From: Malacoraja senta
Lineage: Eukaryota
Direction of reading: 5' to 3'
NCBI GenBank assembly: GCA_038087875.1
Contig: CM075977.1
Coordinates: 132,060,001-132,124,000, forward strand
Length of the DNA: 64,000 nucleotides
Position numbers and translations under genes: made by a program
Notes under the pieces: model-generated
Databases searched by the model: none
What the model was told of the DNA's origin: nothing
What the model saw: only the letters and a program-made list of their open reading frames with translations
Shown here: in pieces, positions 38,401 through 50,623 of the stretch
Numbering within the stretch: the stretch's first letter is position 1
Layout of the letters: each line of letters starts with the position of its first letter

Positions 38401-40344
38401 TCCAGCCGACGCGAAGGAATTTCATGGCCCCAGACAACCATCCGTTAGATTTGCGGCTCGCCAGCCAACCTGCGGGTTGTGCCAAAGTATGCACACGCAA
38501 AAAAAAAAAAAGATCATCATGAGGAACAGCATGCCGATCCAGGCAAAAAAAAAGTTAATAACATATGGCGTGGAGATTTGAGGGAGTTGAAGGGGTGCCT
38601 GAGGGCGGCTGTGTCTAAGGTTTGATCGCTGCATGTGCCATGTTGTGTTCCTTTGCCATCAGAAAGCAGAACACCAGCCAGAGAAAATTAGAGACGGGAA
38701 ACAATATGTGGTCGTTTTGTGGTTTCTGCGCTTTATTTTAAAGCAATCAATCGTTACCCTGTGTTTAGGAGGATGCGTTGTGATTTATATTAGAACGTTT
38801 GGGTCACTATAAAACGTAGTTCCTCGCTGATTCCTTATATCTTTCTCCTTATCTAATGTTCTCATTCTCATAAACTCACTGTACACGTGGATTACATACA
38901 CTCACACAAAACGTTATCACAACCATGTCCTATATATGAAGCAATCCCCTGATATATGTAGATATGTCTTTAAACAGATTTTGAAATTGATTGGATTGGA
39001 TGATCTATATTCCTTTTTATTCTGGAAGAAATAAAGACATTTTTGTCCAAACAAATTTGGACCATCCATTACTTTCAAATAATGTATGACCTTTGCAGCT
39101 CTGAAGAGTTTCACATGAAATTAAAAGTCTGCTTAGCTTTATGTGCACAAAGTGCACAGAGCTGTAAATTCTGCTGGTTGAAGGAAGATTTCATTTTTCA
39201 AACAGGCCTATACTTAAGTTGGTCAGAAAAATCATTTTGGTGATATTTGTCATTTTCAGATTTGGGCACATATGATTACTTAGATGTTGTTCCCCAGTTT
39301 TAGAAACTGCATGTTTTTGAAGGGAGTGCCTGCTTTCGGCAAATGATAAGTTACAAAATGTGGAATATAGTTGGTTACTGTTTATGTCTGAAATACCATA
39401 AGACAAACAACAATCTGGGAAATGCCAAATGGCTCAATATTTGTGTCATCGCATCATGAATTGAATACTATAATTCAGTTAAAGACTCCCTCAAAAGTTC
39501 ACGAAAATTATAAAATGTGGTTTTGGACACTAGTACGGTGGCATGTGAGGGAAAATTAAAAGTTTATGAAGGTACCAATATTTTCTTAGGCTTGCAATCT
39601 ACCCAAAAGGTATGTTTTGGTCTTTAAATCATGGTGCAGTACCTGAAATATTTGTTGAACACTTTTTCAGAGGTTCAGCCTTGAATATTTGTGTTGGAAG
39701 GATTTGGGTGGCCAAGCCAATGTCAAATGGAGAAACTTCAAGACCTTTCATTGTCATGTAGTAAATGTTCACCCTGATTCCTGAACCTTGCACAAAATAA
39801 TCCTCTTATTCAGCCACGATTACTCACAAAATAGTGCAGTCTGAAACCTTGACATTAAAAAAACAGAATCCTGGGAGCAGCTGATGATTGTGGAGGGAAA
39901 CATATTTTAAGGATTGTTTTCTACTGGTGTGAAACACCCTATCCTCCTGTGAACAACGTTAGGATTTCTGTCCTTTTATTGGGAATACTGCACTCTGTGT
40001 TAACTTTAAATTTATGAACTCAGTAAAATAGTTTTGGCAGACATTATTTAAATCCAAAATATGAAGCAATACGAACCAATATATTTTTCCAAGTTGCAGA
40101 GAGCTTCAATGCATGTTCTCTTTTTCTGCTGAGTGTTGCTGACTGCAGTTGTGCCCTCTGGTATCTAAACTCAGCTATTCTTTATGTGACTTCTTCATTT
40201 CATAGATCTGCATATGTCAATAAGAGATTTTGCCTTAAGGCATCTAATTCTTAATTATTTGAGTAGTAGCTGTACAGTTTAACATGTTTATTGCACTGTA
40301 ATCCACGGACTGTACGGGCAATTACATTTCTAAAAGTTTGAAGC

Positions 40345-40495
40345 AACTAACAATCTGCTGGAGGAACTCGGTGGACCAAGCAGCATCTATGGGGTGGAAA
40401 GGAATTGTCCCCCCCTCAAATGCTACTCGACCCACTGAGTTCCTCCAAGATTTTGGTTATTGCTCCAGTTGCATCTGCAGTCTCTTGTATCTCCA
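40345..40495. repeat. Older palindromic Penelope-derived repeat
   Basis: ctggaggaactcggtgg / cccactgagttcctcca arms. Confidence 0.6.
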
Positions 40496-41933
40496 TCTGA
40501 AAACTTAATTTGCTTTTGTGAATATAAAATTCCTGAACATCCATCACAAACATAAGTACAAGTAGGAAGAACAGCTATACTTTTCTGAGTTTTCCTCTGG
40601 TTGTTCTATACCCAATTCTCAAATGAATTGTGGCATTTATGGCAAGTATGTTATCCAAAGCAGGCATTATAATTTGTACATTCTGGAAACATTTGGAAGT
40701 ATTGCAGTGCTGAGTGAGATGCAGAGGTCTGACAGCAGATAATTTTGATAGTTCACATTGCATTTTACTTTTAACAATCATAGTACCATCTAACATCTTT
40801 GGGTGTTATTTATAGTACAGTTGCCATAACTGGTGACTTTAAAACTAGTAATATTGTTTGAGTTTTCCAACTTTTTTTGCTGTTTGGTGTATTGTGCCAT
40901 CTAGTGTTGGTGGATGCACACTCCACTCCCTCCATTTTTTTGGTGGAAATAAGTCCCACTGGACAAATTCATTACTGCTTCTACTTTATGAAATTATGTG
41001 TACTGGTGATGCCTTGTGTCAGCCAGAGGGTTCAAACCAAGCATGACATATTGTTTTGAAAACATTGTTTAGGTGAAAACAGTGAATTGACATTACATTA
41101 GAGTTCAGAAAATTAATCTTAAACTTATCTAAATAACTCATTTATAACTATAAGGTTACTCTATGAAAAATAATACATTTTGATATAGAAGTATTATTCT
41201 TTTTCTTCCATTCATAATTGTAATTGTTGTTATATCTAGATAGAACCATTAGCATGCAGCAAAAGGCGTTAAGGAGAACAATGTCCTCAGCTTGACAAGG
41301 GTGCAAGACTGGATCCTACATTTAGAGATTGGACATCAAGTTTGAAAATACCTACAAGAATCAACAACAAATCATCGATGAATGTCAATCTGTGCTTGTT
41401 ATCTGGCTCCTTTATGGCAATCTCACAAGGCAGGGTGATAGAAATTCTGCCTCTTTTGCACAGTTATACTGGATCTATTTCAACTGCAAGAGTGGCCCTT
41501 CCTGGAATATAAATCATAAAATCATCAACATATTTGTTCCCAATCTTTGCACTGAGAAACAGGAGTTTCCTGGGGAGGTTAAAGCTCATGAAAATGAGTA
41601 TTTTATTCCTTTACCTCCTCATACTTCATGGACTATTAATTTTAAATCTGAAACCCCCAAATATTTTTTTTGGTGTTTATCATGTCAGACAACTACCACC
41701 TCTATTCTCTATCTGATTATTAAGATTGAATTAAAAACTGTTACGTTATAATTTCATCACATTTCGAACAATATCATGCCATAACAAAAATAGGGTGTTG
41801 GTCAACTGTTGAAATCGTGTTCTGATTAGCTTACTTTAGTTTAGAGATACAGCTCGGAAAGAGGCCCTTTGGCCCACCGGGTCCGCCCCGACCAGCGATT
41901 CCTGTATATTAAAACTATCCTACATGCACTAGG

Positions 41934-42975
41934 TAGGTATGTTACAATACTTACCTTCAGCGGCGCTGCAATTCTGCCACTGGCCGTGTGCGCGATTTTG
42001 GCGCCTTTAAGGGGGGGGCGGGGTTAAAACGCGGGTTTCTCCTACCTTGTCCTGGTTAATATTTCGTTGGAGTGCAACCTTTTGCTGAAAAATCGTTCCG
42101 ACGGGCGTTTTGTGTATTTTTTATTTTTATTCGATCGACAATGTCAGCGCTGGAGTCATTTTAAAATTAGCTTCTGAAGCCGTCAACGCCGACAACGGGG
42201 ACGGATTTCACACACGGGACAGGTAAACGAAAGTAGTTTATTTTAATGTATAAAAGTGCTTCTTAAGAAGCCTTTAATTCACATTTTTTATGCGAAACGG
42301 TGATTCTTTTCCCCGAACTAATGACAGAATTTTCCATGCCGATACGGGGTTAAATTCACCGCAAATCAACGTTCCAAATGATCGTGTTCCAGAAATCCCC
42401 ATTCGCAAGATGATTTAAATGGCCATTATTTTACAGGTATTAAACATTAAATTCTTTCCATTTGGCCTGTAAATCCATGACAATGCAATTTTAAAATGAT
42501 GTTATATTGTGAATTCTTGTGTGAATGTTATTTGGACACTTAGGCTATTTTAAAATGTTAATCTATTCTTAAGAAATTGATAGATGTTTAGATCTAGTAA
42601 TTGAATTTTGTAATAAGCTACAATTAGGTAACTAACTAATTATATGCTTTAATTTCATGTCATCTAAGTAAGATTGTTTCATATTTGTTTCAGAATGCTT
42701 CAATCTATAATAACTGAAAATTTCTTTCAGTTCTCTTAATTTTTAAGAAAGTTATGGGCTTTTGACTGTCCTCGATCACAGCTTTTGTGTTAAGTCAATG
42801 GAAAAGCAATAGGGAACAAGATGCCAATTTCCGAGTATGAAAATGGCCATAACTTTTTTAATACTGAAGATATGAAAGTGAATTAGGTGTCAAATTAAAC
42901 TTCCTTTTTTGCTTTATCTGATGGGATAAATTACAGACTTTATTTTTTTAATCTCAAAATTTTGTAACATTGCTA
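41934..42975. mobile_element. Non-autonomous DNA transposon nested in a SINE tail
   Basis: Imperfect TIR TAGGTATGTTACAA / TTGTAACATTGCTA; 7-bp TSD cactagg/cacaagg. Host sequence 41830-41933 resumes after it (ggacaat). Confidence 0.7.
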
Positions 42976-45790
42976 CACAAGGGACAATAGCCATAACAAT
43001 TACAAATTTAGTAAAAGTTATTAATGTGATGGATTTTCTTTCCAGCATTGGTTAGAATGTGTGGTTTAAAGAAATATTTGTGAAGAAATATTGGACTCAT
43101 GAGTGTCCCGACATGCAATTAATTTACATCATTCAACAATCCTGAAATCAATTCAAGACCTTCTGCCCCAAGTATGTGGAACTTAGACAATGTGTTAGAA
43201 CTCAAGCTTTATAACTCCAATGCTGAATCTAAGATCTCCAATTAAAACGTATATGTGATTTATGCCTCTAAAAATAACTAAGTAGAACGAACAATCGGCT
43301 AGCTTACCAGTGAATGGAATATTACAGGTACATGACAGAGGGGATAGGCATTCAAGCCGCTGGGACTGTACCGCTTTTTAATGAGACGGTGGCTGATCAC
43401 AATTTTAGTTCATTTACCTCTTTGGTTCCATATCCTTCTATATCCTGACAAAAAACCTATTGAACTCTGATTATTAAATTGATTTTGGTGAGAAGAGTTC
43501 CAGCATTATTGTGTGAAGAAGAATTCTCCCTCTCCTGAATGGACTGATGCTAAGGCTTTAAACCTTCAACATTATGGCCACTAGTGGAAAATATCCGTCT
43601 TTATCCATCTTTGTGATCACTTTCCATTTAAGTTCCATTAAATGCTGGCTCCCAGGATGTCATAAGAGGGGAACTGAACCCAACTTGGAATTTCTTCTCA
43701 TAATCTAAGCGTTGAAGACTGAGTAACATTCTAGTCAATCTATACTGCACTCCTTCCAAGGCTGGTATAGCCTTTCCTAGGACTAGTGCCCAGAACTCCA
43801 CATGTGGTCTAACAAGAACTTTATATAGCTGTTATAAAACTTCCTTCTGTTTATTTTTTAGTCCTCAGGTTAGAAATGTTTAAATATTTCATAGGCTATT
43901 TTTGGATATTTTGCAATGGTACCAAATCTGAATGAACTTTGCATATGAACCTTAATTGCTCACATATTTTTACCAATGAAATAATATTAACATCTGTCCC
44001 ATTGAATCTAAAGCTTGTCTGAGTGAAGTAAACATCCTTTTCATTCCCAACCCCAGTATATTATCACTGAGTTTCTTTCCCCTTCTCCACCTACTCCATC
44101 TGCTCATCACTATCACACTTAGTTAACACACTAACACACAGTGGATCCGCTATCTCCTCCCACTGTTCCCATCTGCCCATCATCCTTCATCTATTTGATT
44201 CCACCCTTTACACCATCCTTTCTTTTCAGAGATTGTATTCTGTAGCCTTTTGATGTCTCCATTTGTCACCTCTGAACCTAAGCTCCATTTTCCTGCACTA
44301 TTTCCATATCTCTTAATTCCCTTGATATCTGGCATCTTCACAATACAGAATTCAACATCTTTAGTATTTTATACCAGGGATTGTCTTTAGCTATTTTAAG
44401 TTCACAGCACTTTAATTGATTTTGTGAATCACAGTAGAAAAGAACGGAAAATGGTGGAGGATTTGGAAGGGTCTGAATACTATGAGATTTCTGTATAAAA
44501 ATATGAACACAGCTCAAAACATAATTGTTTCATAGTTTTATCATCAGCATTACTGCAAAATATGACCTGCAGCAGCGACTGCACATTGTATTCCTCCTCT
44601 GAAGTGTAGTTCCATCAACTTAAATGGAAACTAATGTTACAAGATTACAATTCATAACAGCCAACATTGCATGTTTAATGCTTGCAATTGATGTTGAATG
44701 TCGACCCATCCTTTACTGTACAGGTCCTGTACAGCACCTATTCAGTAAGTTGACAAATGAGATCCAGATTGGTTATTTACTGCCAATTGCACTTATTGCT
44801 CTTGAGTTATATTGCATTTCACCCACCTTCTAAAGATTTAATTGAGCAGAATTCAGTTTCACCAGAGTGGATTGATTGCCTGGAGTAATATTTGCCCTGT
44901 TGGAATTTGTACAATATAAGGTGGAAATGCTAAATCATCGGGTACTCCAGCCAGGCAACACAATGGGAAGTAACATTTATTGGAATTGGCTAGACACTCC
45001 TAAAACACGTTTCACTAGGTAAAGTATTTCATGTTAGGTTTGTCTGGGTTTTGATGCTAGCAGACTGTCTGGGTGTGTGGCAATTCTAGGAAGGAAGTTG
45101 CATGAACCTTTCCTAATAGATCCACAGGGTGTCTTTCACAGTGTCTAATATTAATGCTTCCAGGTGGTTTGCGCCTTGGATCAGATATGTAGCCATGTCT
45201 ACTAACATTTATTTTGGATGTGTGATTCTTATTCTTGATCACATAAAGATATTCAATAAGCATTGGCTCTTTTATCAGCCAGTTCCTCCTGCACGATTAG
45301 GCATTCTATCTTCCAGGGATGAGTGGTGAATATGCAACTTCCAATCAGGGATAAGTTGAGTTGAATGTTTCCTGCAAAACTATAGTTTTTTTTCCAAAAA
45401 AATGGATGATGCAACATTTGTAATTGTAGTATGATCCTTGGAGATAATCCAAAATGATCCCAAACAATGAGATTGTATGAAGTTAAGTTAGAGCGGCAAT
45501 TATTGCCACAAATTTTGTAATCCATTGCTTATCCGACCAAGTAAATAGCCTACACTTGATCAGTGGTCCTTAATGCCTACAGCTTGAACAACATATTCAC
45601 ATGCACTTAGTCTGCCTATTGTTTTAAAGGTAAACAAGGTGAATCATTGCCTATTTGATTCAAGAAAAATAACTTGCATTACCTAACCTTACCACACATA
45701 CAGTATCACTTACATCTTACCACACATGTATCACTTACTTCATCCTGCCCCCATTTCTTTTCTAGTTTTCTCTCCCCTCCCCACTACAAG

Positions 45791-45827
45791 CAGGCTGAAG
45801 AAGGGTCCCGACCTGAAACGTCACCTA
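45791..45827 (+). ncRNA. Minimal type-I hammerhead ribozyme motif
   Basis: CTGAAGA 45795-801, GGGTC-CC-GACCT, GAAAC 45815-19, GTC; family tail to ~45920. Confidence 0.55.
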
Positions 45828-46619
45828 CGCATAGCCTTCACAAATGCTTCCTGACTCGCTGAATTACTCCAGCTCTTTGTGTTTTACTCAAGATTCCAGC
45901 ATCTACAGTTCGTTGTATTTCAATTACAAAGTCTTGTTGACTTCAATATCACTATTGACCACTGTGTAGCGCTATTGACTTTCAATACAGTATGAAAGTG
46001 CCATGGATTTAGAATTCAGTTTCTATTGCAGAATCCATTTAAGTGGATGCACCAAGTGGCCGAGAAATTCTATTGCATGGTGAAGCATTTTTACATGAAG
46101 TAATGGCTTTATCCTAAAACAAATTATCTGCAGAAGCTAAACATCTATCATATCTCTATACTTATAAAACTCTGATCTTGGATGTGTATTTATTTGTTTG
46201 TGCGTTTGTGTGTAATCACATCTTCGCGGTAACGGTAAAAAATTTACATATTCCAGTAGAAATTTTTCCTGTGGAGTCCAAAATCGTCGTATCTGAATAA
46301 CTCAGGCTTTATGTCTCGAGATTACTGAAAATGTTCACAAATGTCACAAAATTTAAAAACCACTGTCTTTCGCTGATGACGTCACAATGGGTCTGCTCCG
46401 TGCGCCCTTCTTCCATGCGCTGCGAGTGACGTCACCCGCCCCCCCCCCCGACCACTCCCCCCCCACCCCCGGTTATTCAAAATACGCAGAAAGAACGAGC
46501 AAGTCGGGCCCTGTACTCGCCCTGGGTTGGCGCATGGTGGGGAGCTTGCTGCCTGAGCAGAAGTATGGAGTCTGGAGTGAGGGAGTATTGCGTTCGGGAA
46601 CCAGCCTTCCACTGTGACG

Positions 46620-47130
46620 CCGCGTGCCCCCCCCACCCCTCAACCTCTACCCCCCTCCCTCTATGCCGTTCCCTCTCTGCCCCCCTCCCACTCCCTCTCT
46701 GCACACCCTCCGCCCCGCTCCCCCCTGCTCCCTCTCTGCCCTCTGTCCCGCCCTCTGCCCCTGCCCTCCCTCTGCCCTCTGCCTCTGGCCTCTGCCTCTA
46801 CCCACTTCCTCTCCCCTCTGCCCCTGCCTCTGCCCTCTGCCTCTGCCTCCTGCCCTCTTCCCCTGCCCTCTGTCTCTGCCCTCTGTTTCTGCCTCTGGCC
46901 TCTGTCTCTGTGCCCACCCTCTGCCCCTGCCCTCCCTCTGCCTCTACCCACTACCTCTGCCCCTGCCCTCTGCCACTGCCTCTCCTCCTGCCCCTACCTC
47001 CTGCCCTCTTCCCCTGCCCTCTGCCCACTGTCTCTGCCCTCTGTCTCTGATCTCTGTCTCTGGCCTCTGCCTCTGCCCATGGCCTCTGCCCTCTGCCCTC
47101 GCTCTCTCTACCCCCTTCCTCTCCCTCTCC
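46620..47130 (+). repeat. C/T-rich low-complexity minisatellite (TGCCCTC/CTGCCT-like)
   Basis: Directly visible; explains the spurious Pro/Leu/Cys ORFs. Confidence 0.9.
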
Positions 47131-47932
47131 AGCCGCGCCTATGAGTTGAGGGCTATGCGTGAGTGGCTAGGGCGGGGGATGGGGTAAAAGGAGCGAATGA
47201 ATAATATTAAGGGGAGTGGTTAGTGTGTGTGGGGTGGTTAGTGTGTGTGTGGGTGGTGGTTAGTGTGTGTGTGATGCCGCAGGCCGCCCCCCCTCCCCCC
47301 CCCCCCCCACCGCAAGCGCCCAACGGGTCCCACTTGTTCTAGTACTTATTAAAACTCTGATCTGGTACGTGTGTATATGTGGTTGTCTTTACATCTTCGC
47401 AAAAACACTATGCAGTAACGATAACATTTTTACATATTCCGATTGACATATTTCCCTCGAGGCCGGGATCACCTTATCTGAACATTTTAGGCTTTATTTC
47501 TCAACTTATTCTTGACATTACTGATTAAAAGTCAAAAGTCTTTGAAATTAAAATGACCAGCTTCAACTGATGACGTCACAATGGCTCAGCTAGCAGTGAT
47601 CAGCCTCACGGAAGATTTCATCCTATATTTGACACGTTATTCTCGATTAAAGCTTTAAAAATGCTAACATTCACAAGATTTTTACATATTCTGATTCATA
47701 TTTTCCCCCTCTCGGCAGAGAACACCTTCACTGAACATTTATGCTTTATTTCTCGACATATTACCGATTAAAGTTTAAAAACATCAAAAGACTTTGAATT
47801 TTAAACTACCAGCTTCAACTGATGATGTCACAATGGCTCAAAGGGTTTTACGCGGCCATCAGAGGCATCAAGACGATGGGGCCGCAGCGGCGGTGAGGCA
47901 TCGCGACAGTGGGGTCTCGCGGCAGCGGCGGT

Positions 47933-48285
47933 GGGGTCCGGGCCTGTCGGTTGGCCCGGCGGGAGTTGAGCTGGGGTTGCCGCTTCTCAGCACTAGCTGT
48001 GGGCCTACGGCTGCAGGTGTCGTCAGTCCGGGCCTGTCGGTTGGCCCGCCGTGTGTTGAGCTGGGGTTGCCGCTTCTTCTCTGTGCTAGCTGTGGGCCTG
48101 GGACCGCTGGTCTCGTCAGTCTGGGCCTGTCGGTTGGCCCAGGGGAAGTTGAGCTGGGGTTGCCGCTTCTTCTCCACGCTAGCTGTGGGCCTGGGACCGC
48201 TGGTGTCGTCGGTCCGGGCCCGGTGGGATTTGAGCACCAGGCCCACAGCCAGCGCGGAGAAGAAGCAGCAACCCCAGCTCAAAAA
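47933..48285 (+). repeat. ~90-93-bp GC-rich minisatellite (x3) plus an inverted partial unit
   Basis: gggcctgtcggttggccc..ttgagctggggttgccgcttct occurs three times; 48237-48282 is the reverse complement of 48149-48195. Confidence 0.9.
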
Positions 48286-48611
48286 GGCAGTCAACACCCC
48301 CCGGGTTATTCACACCCCCCCCGCCTCCACCCTCCCCCGGGTTACTCACACCCCCAGCCCCCCCCCCGCTGCCTCAAAAAGCAGCCAACACCCCCCCTCC
48401 CCCCGGGTTATTCACAACGCCCGCCCATCCTCCCCCCCCCCGGGTTATTCACGCTCCCCCCCTGGGTTATTCACCCCCCCCTGCCCCCTCCTCCCCCCCC
48501 CCACTGCCTCAAAAAGGCAGCCAACACCTCCACCCCCCCCTCCGGGTTATTCACAACCCCCGCCCCTCCCCCCCCGGGTTATTCACACCCCCCGCCCCCT
48601 CCTCCCCCTCC

Positions 48612-48820
48612 CCGCTGCCTCAGAAATGCAGCTAACATCATCAAAGACCCATACCATCCTGGCCACACAGTCATTTCACCATTGCCATCGGGAAGAAGGT
48701 ACAGGAGCCTGAAAACTAACGTCCAGGTTCAGGGAACAGCTTCTTCCCTACAACCAAGCAAGCAAGAATTTCATTGTCCTATCTGGGACATATGACAATA
48801 AAACACTCTTGACTCTTGAC
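48612..48820 (+). mobile_element. Rex1/Babar-like LINE 3' fragment inside the Helitron-like unit
   Basis: AANIIKDPYHPGHTVISPLPSGRRYRSLKT, then TGACAATAAA and a (CTCTTGA)2 tail. Confidence 0.65.
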
Positions 48821-50604
48821 CCCCCTCCCCTTCCGCACCAACCCACTCGCCCCCCCCCTCCCGCGACCCCCCAACTCCCCCCCCCCCCAATGCGGGGACG
48901 ATTGATTGCCTCCATAAATTCCATAATTTTCCTTGTGGGTGGTGATGGGGGTGATTGACTCTGGGGGCGCCCGTCTCTGGGGTGAGCGCAGACGCCTCCC
49001 CCCCCCCCACGCATTGGGGGACCAGGCCCAACGGGTCCCGCTTGGTCTATATCTCTCTCAAACTCTCCTTGCCTCCCGTGGGGGCTATGGGTGAGTGGTG
49101 TAATGGTGAGTTGGAGGACCAGGCCTCCCGTGTGACGGACCCAACAGGTCCCAGTTGGTCTAACAGTTCTATAAATTTTATCCAGGCCATCCATTTTGTA
49201 CCACAGGCACATGCAGTAGCCTCTGGATATGTGCAGTACAGCTCATGATTGACATCACGCTTGGTATATTTCTCTTGTGTAATATATTCTATGTGTGATA
49301 TTATAAGAAATGTTACAAACTCAAACCCTGAATCAAGGGAGGATTACGTTGCTCCAGCACCACTCAGTCCCATGGGATCCACTAGCCCCACCTTTGGTTC
49401 CCAGTCTTTTCCCCAGCTTCCTAATCATTTCCTTCCAATTCCATCTTCCTCCCTCTTTCTCCTCTAATCTGGTCCCCATCACTTTTTCTGCACTTTCCAC
49501 CCTCTAACTTTGTACTGAAAATGCATATCAAAGATTTTCAAAGCCCATATGTTTACAACAGCTGACAAAGAAAAATCTCACCCACCACAGTTATTGGTCC
49601 TTATGGTGGCAACTATATTATTTTACTATTTACCATGGTGGTTTTTTAGGTAAGCAGCCAAGGATAGGAAAGTATATCCAAACCTATAAAGAAGTGTAGG
49701 TCAAATGCAACAAAAAGATTTATTTTAAGCTTGTAATCAACACGACACAAATAAATAACAGGTGCCCTGCCTTGATGAGGCAATGGCCCTCACTTTAATC
49801 ACAATGTTCGTAACCAAAGTTTTTTTGCCTTTTTGCCAACTTTCCTTCAGTATCAAAGAAACTAATTTTTACAGGGCTGTATTTCATCAGAGCTGCCTGT
49901 GCCTCTTGAAGTTCATTCAAGAGAATTTCTACTTGCATATTTGAGCCTTGGCATGGAATTGAGGCTGAGTGTTTTTTATGGGTGGTTGTCAAAGTTAGCC
50001 TAAGTTCTGTTCTTACCAAAAGCTGCAGATGCACATTTTTTAAGCAAAAGTCTTAAACACAATATAGGATAGTAAAGGACATTCGTTAATCTGAAAGCAT
50101 CACCTACGACAGCAGTTAACACGTTAAGCACTGATGATATATTTTTGTGGAAATTCACTCATAACGAATGTAGCTGCACGATCACAAACAACAGATTTGT
50201 CAGCATTTCCCACAAGGTAGAAACAGTTACAAACAATCCCAGTTCATTTGAACCAGTTGCAATAATGGCACTGGAAGGAGAGTTGAAGGAGAGGTGTGCA
50301 TAGATTGTCGACAGAATCACACCGTTCAATGATTTTAGTGTGTGGAGCAATGTTGGACGAGCAGTTGAAGTAAGGGTGAAGTAAAATTATGAGGAAAGGG
50401 GTAATAACAGAGAATATACAAAAAGGATGGCAGAAAGTATCTGAGCAGTATGAGTGTTTTTTCCCCAACAGTCCTTGGTGCTCTGTGATAAAACACGATA
50501 ATTGTGGCTCCTATTATGTCTATAACATTAACCTTGATTGGAATAAATGGGATTGTTAATAAATGAATGGGATTAACCATGCTGACAATACATTCGTACC
50601 ACTG

Positions 50605-50623
50605 TGGCGCCACCTGGTGGTCA
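50605..50623 (-). promoter_or_regulatory. CTCF motif
   Basis: Minus strand TGACCACCAGGTGGCGCCA, a near-perfect match to the CCASYAGRKGGCRS consensus. Confidence 0.7.

Larger units (their letters stand above)
46153..49163 (+). mobile_element. Head-to-tail array of non-autonomous Helitron-like units
   Basis: 5' A|TCTCTATACTTATAAAACTCTGATCT, re-starting at ~47343. Three 3' ends with hairpin GGACCC-AAC-GGGTCC followed about 8 nt later by CTAG (47339), CTAT (49047) or CTAA (49160). No TSD or TIR. Confidence 0.72.

Noticed and set aside
41329-41751. 140-aa ORF upstream of LOX
   Set aside because: AT-rich, TTG start, no domain or splice support.
46382-47187. Pro/Leu/Cys-rich ORFs in all frames
   Set aside because: Low-complexity C/T repeat.
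47214-47272. GGTTAG-containing repeats as interstitial telomere
   Set aside because: The unit is GTGGTTAGTGTGTGT, not (TTAGGG)n.
47933-48225. CRISPR-like regular repeats
   Set aside because: Eukaryotic context; the whole unit is repeated with no unique spacers.
47794-48795. 333-aa Pro-rich ORF and overlapping ORFs
   Set aside because: Arises from GC-rich minisatellites that lack stops in several frames. It starts at TTG, and only the last ~35 aa are a LINE remnant.
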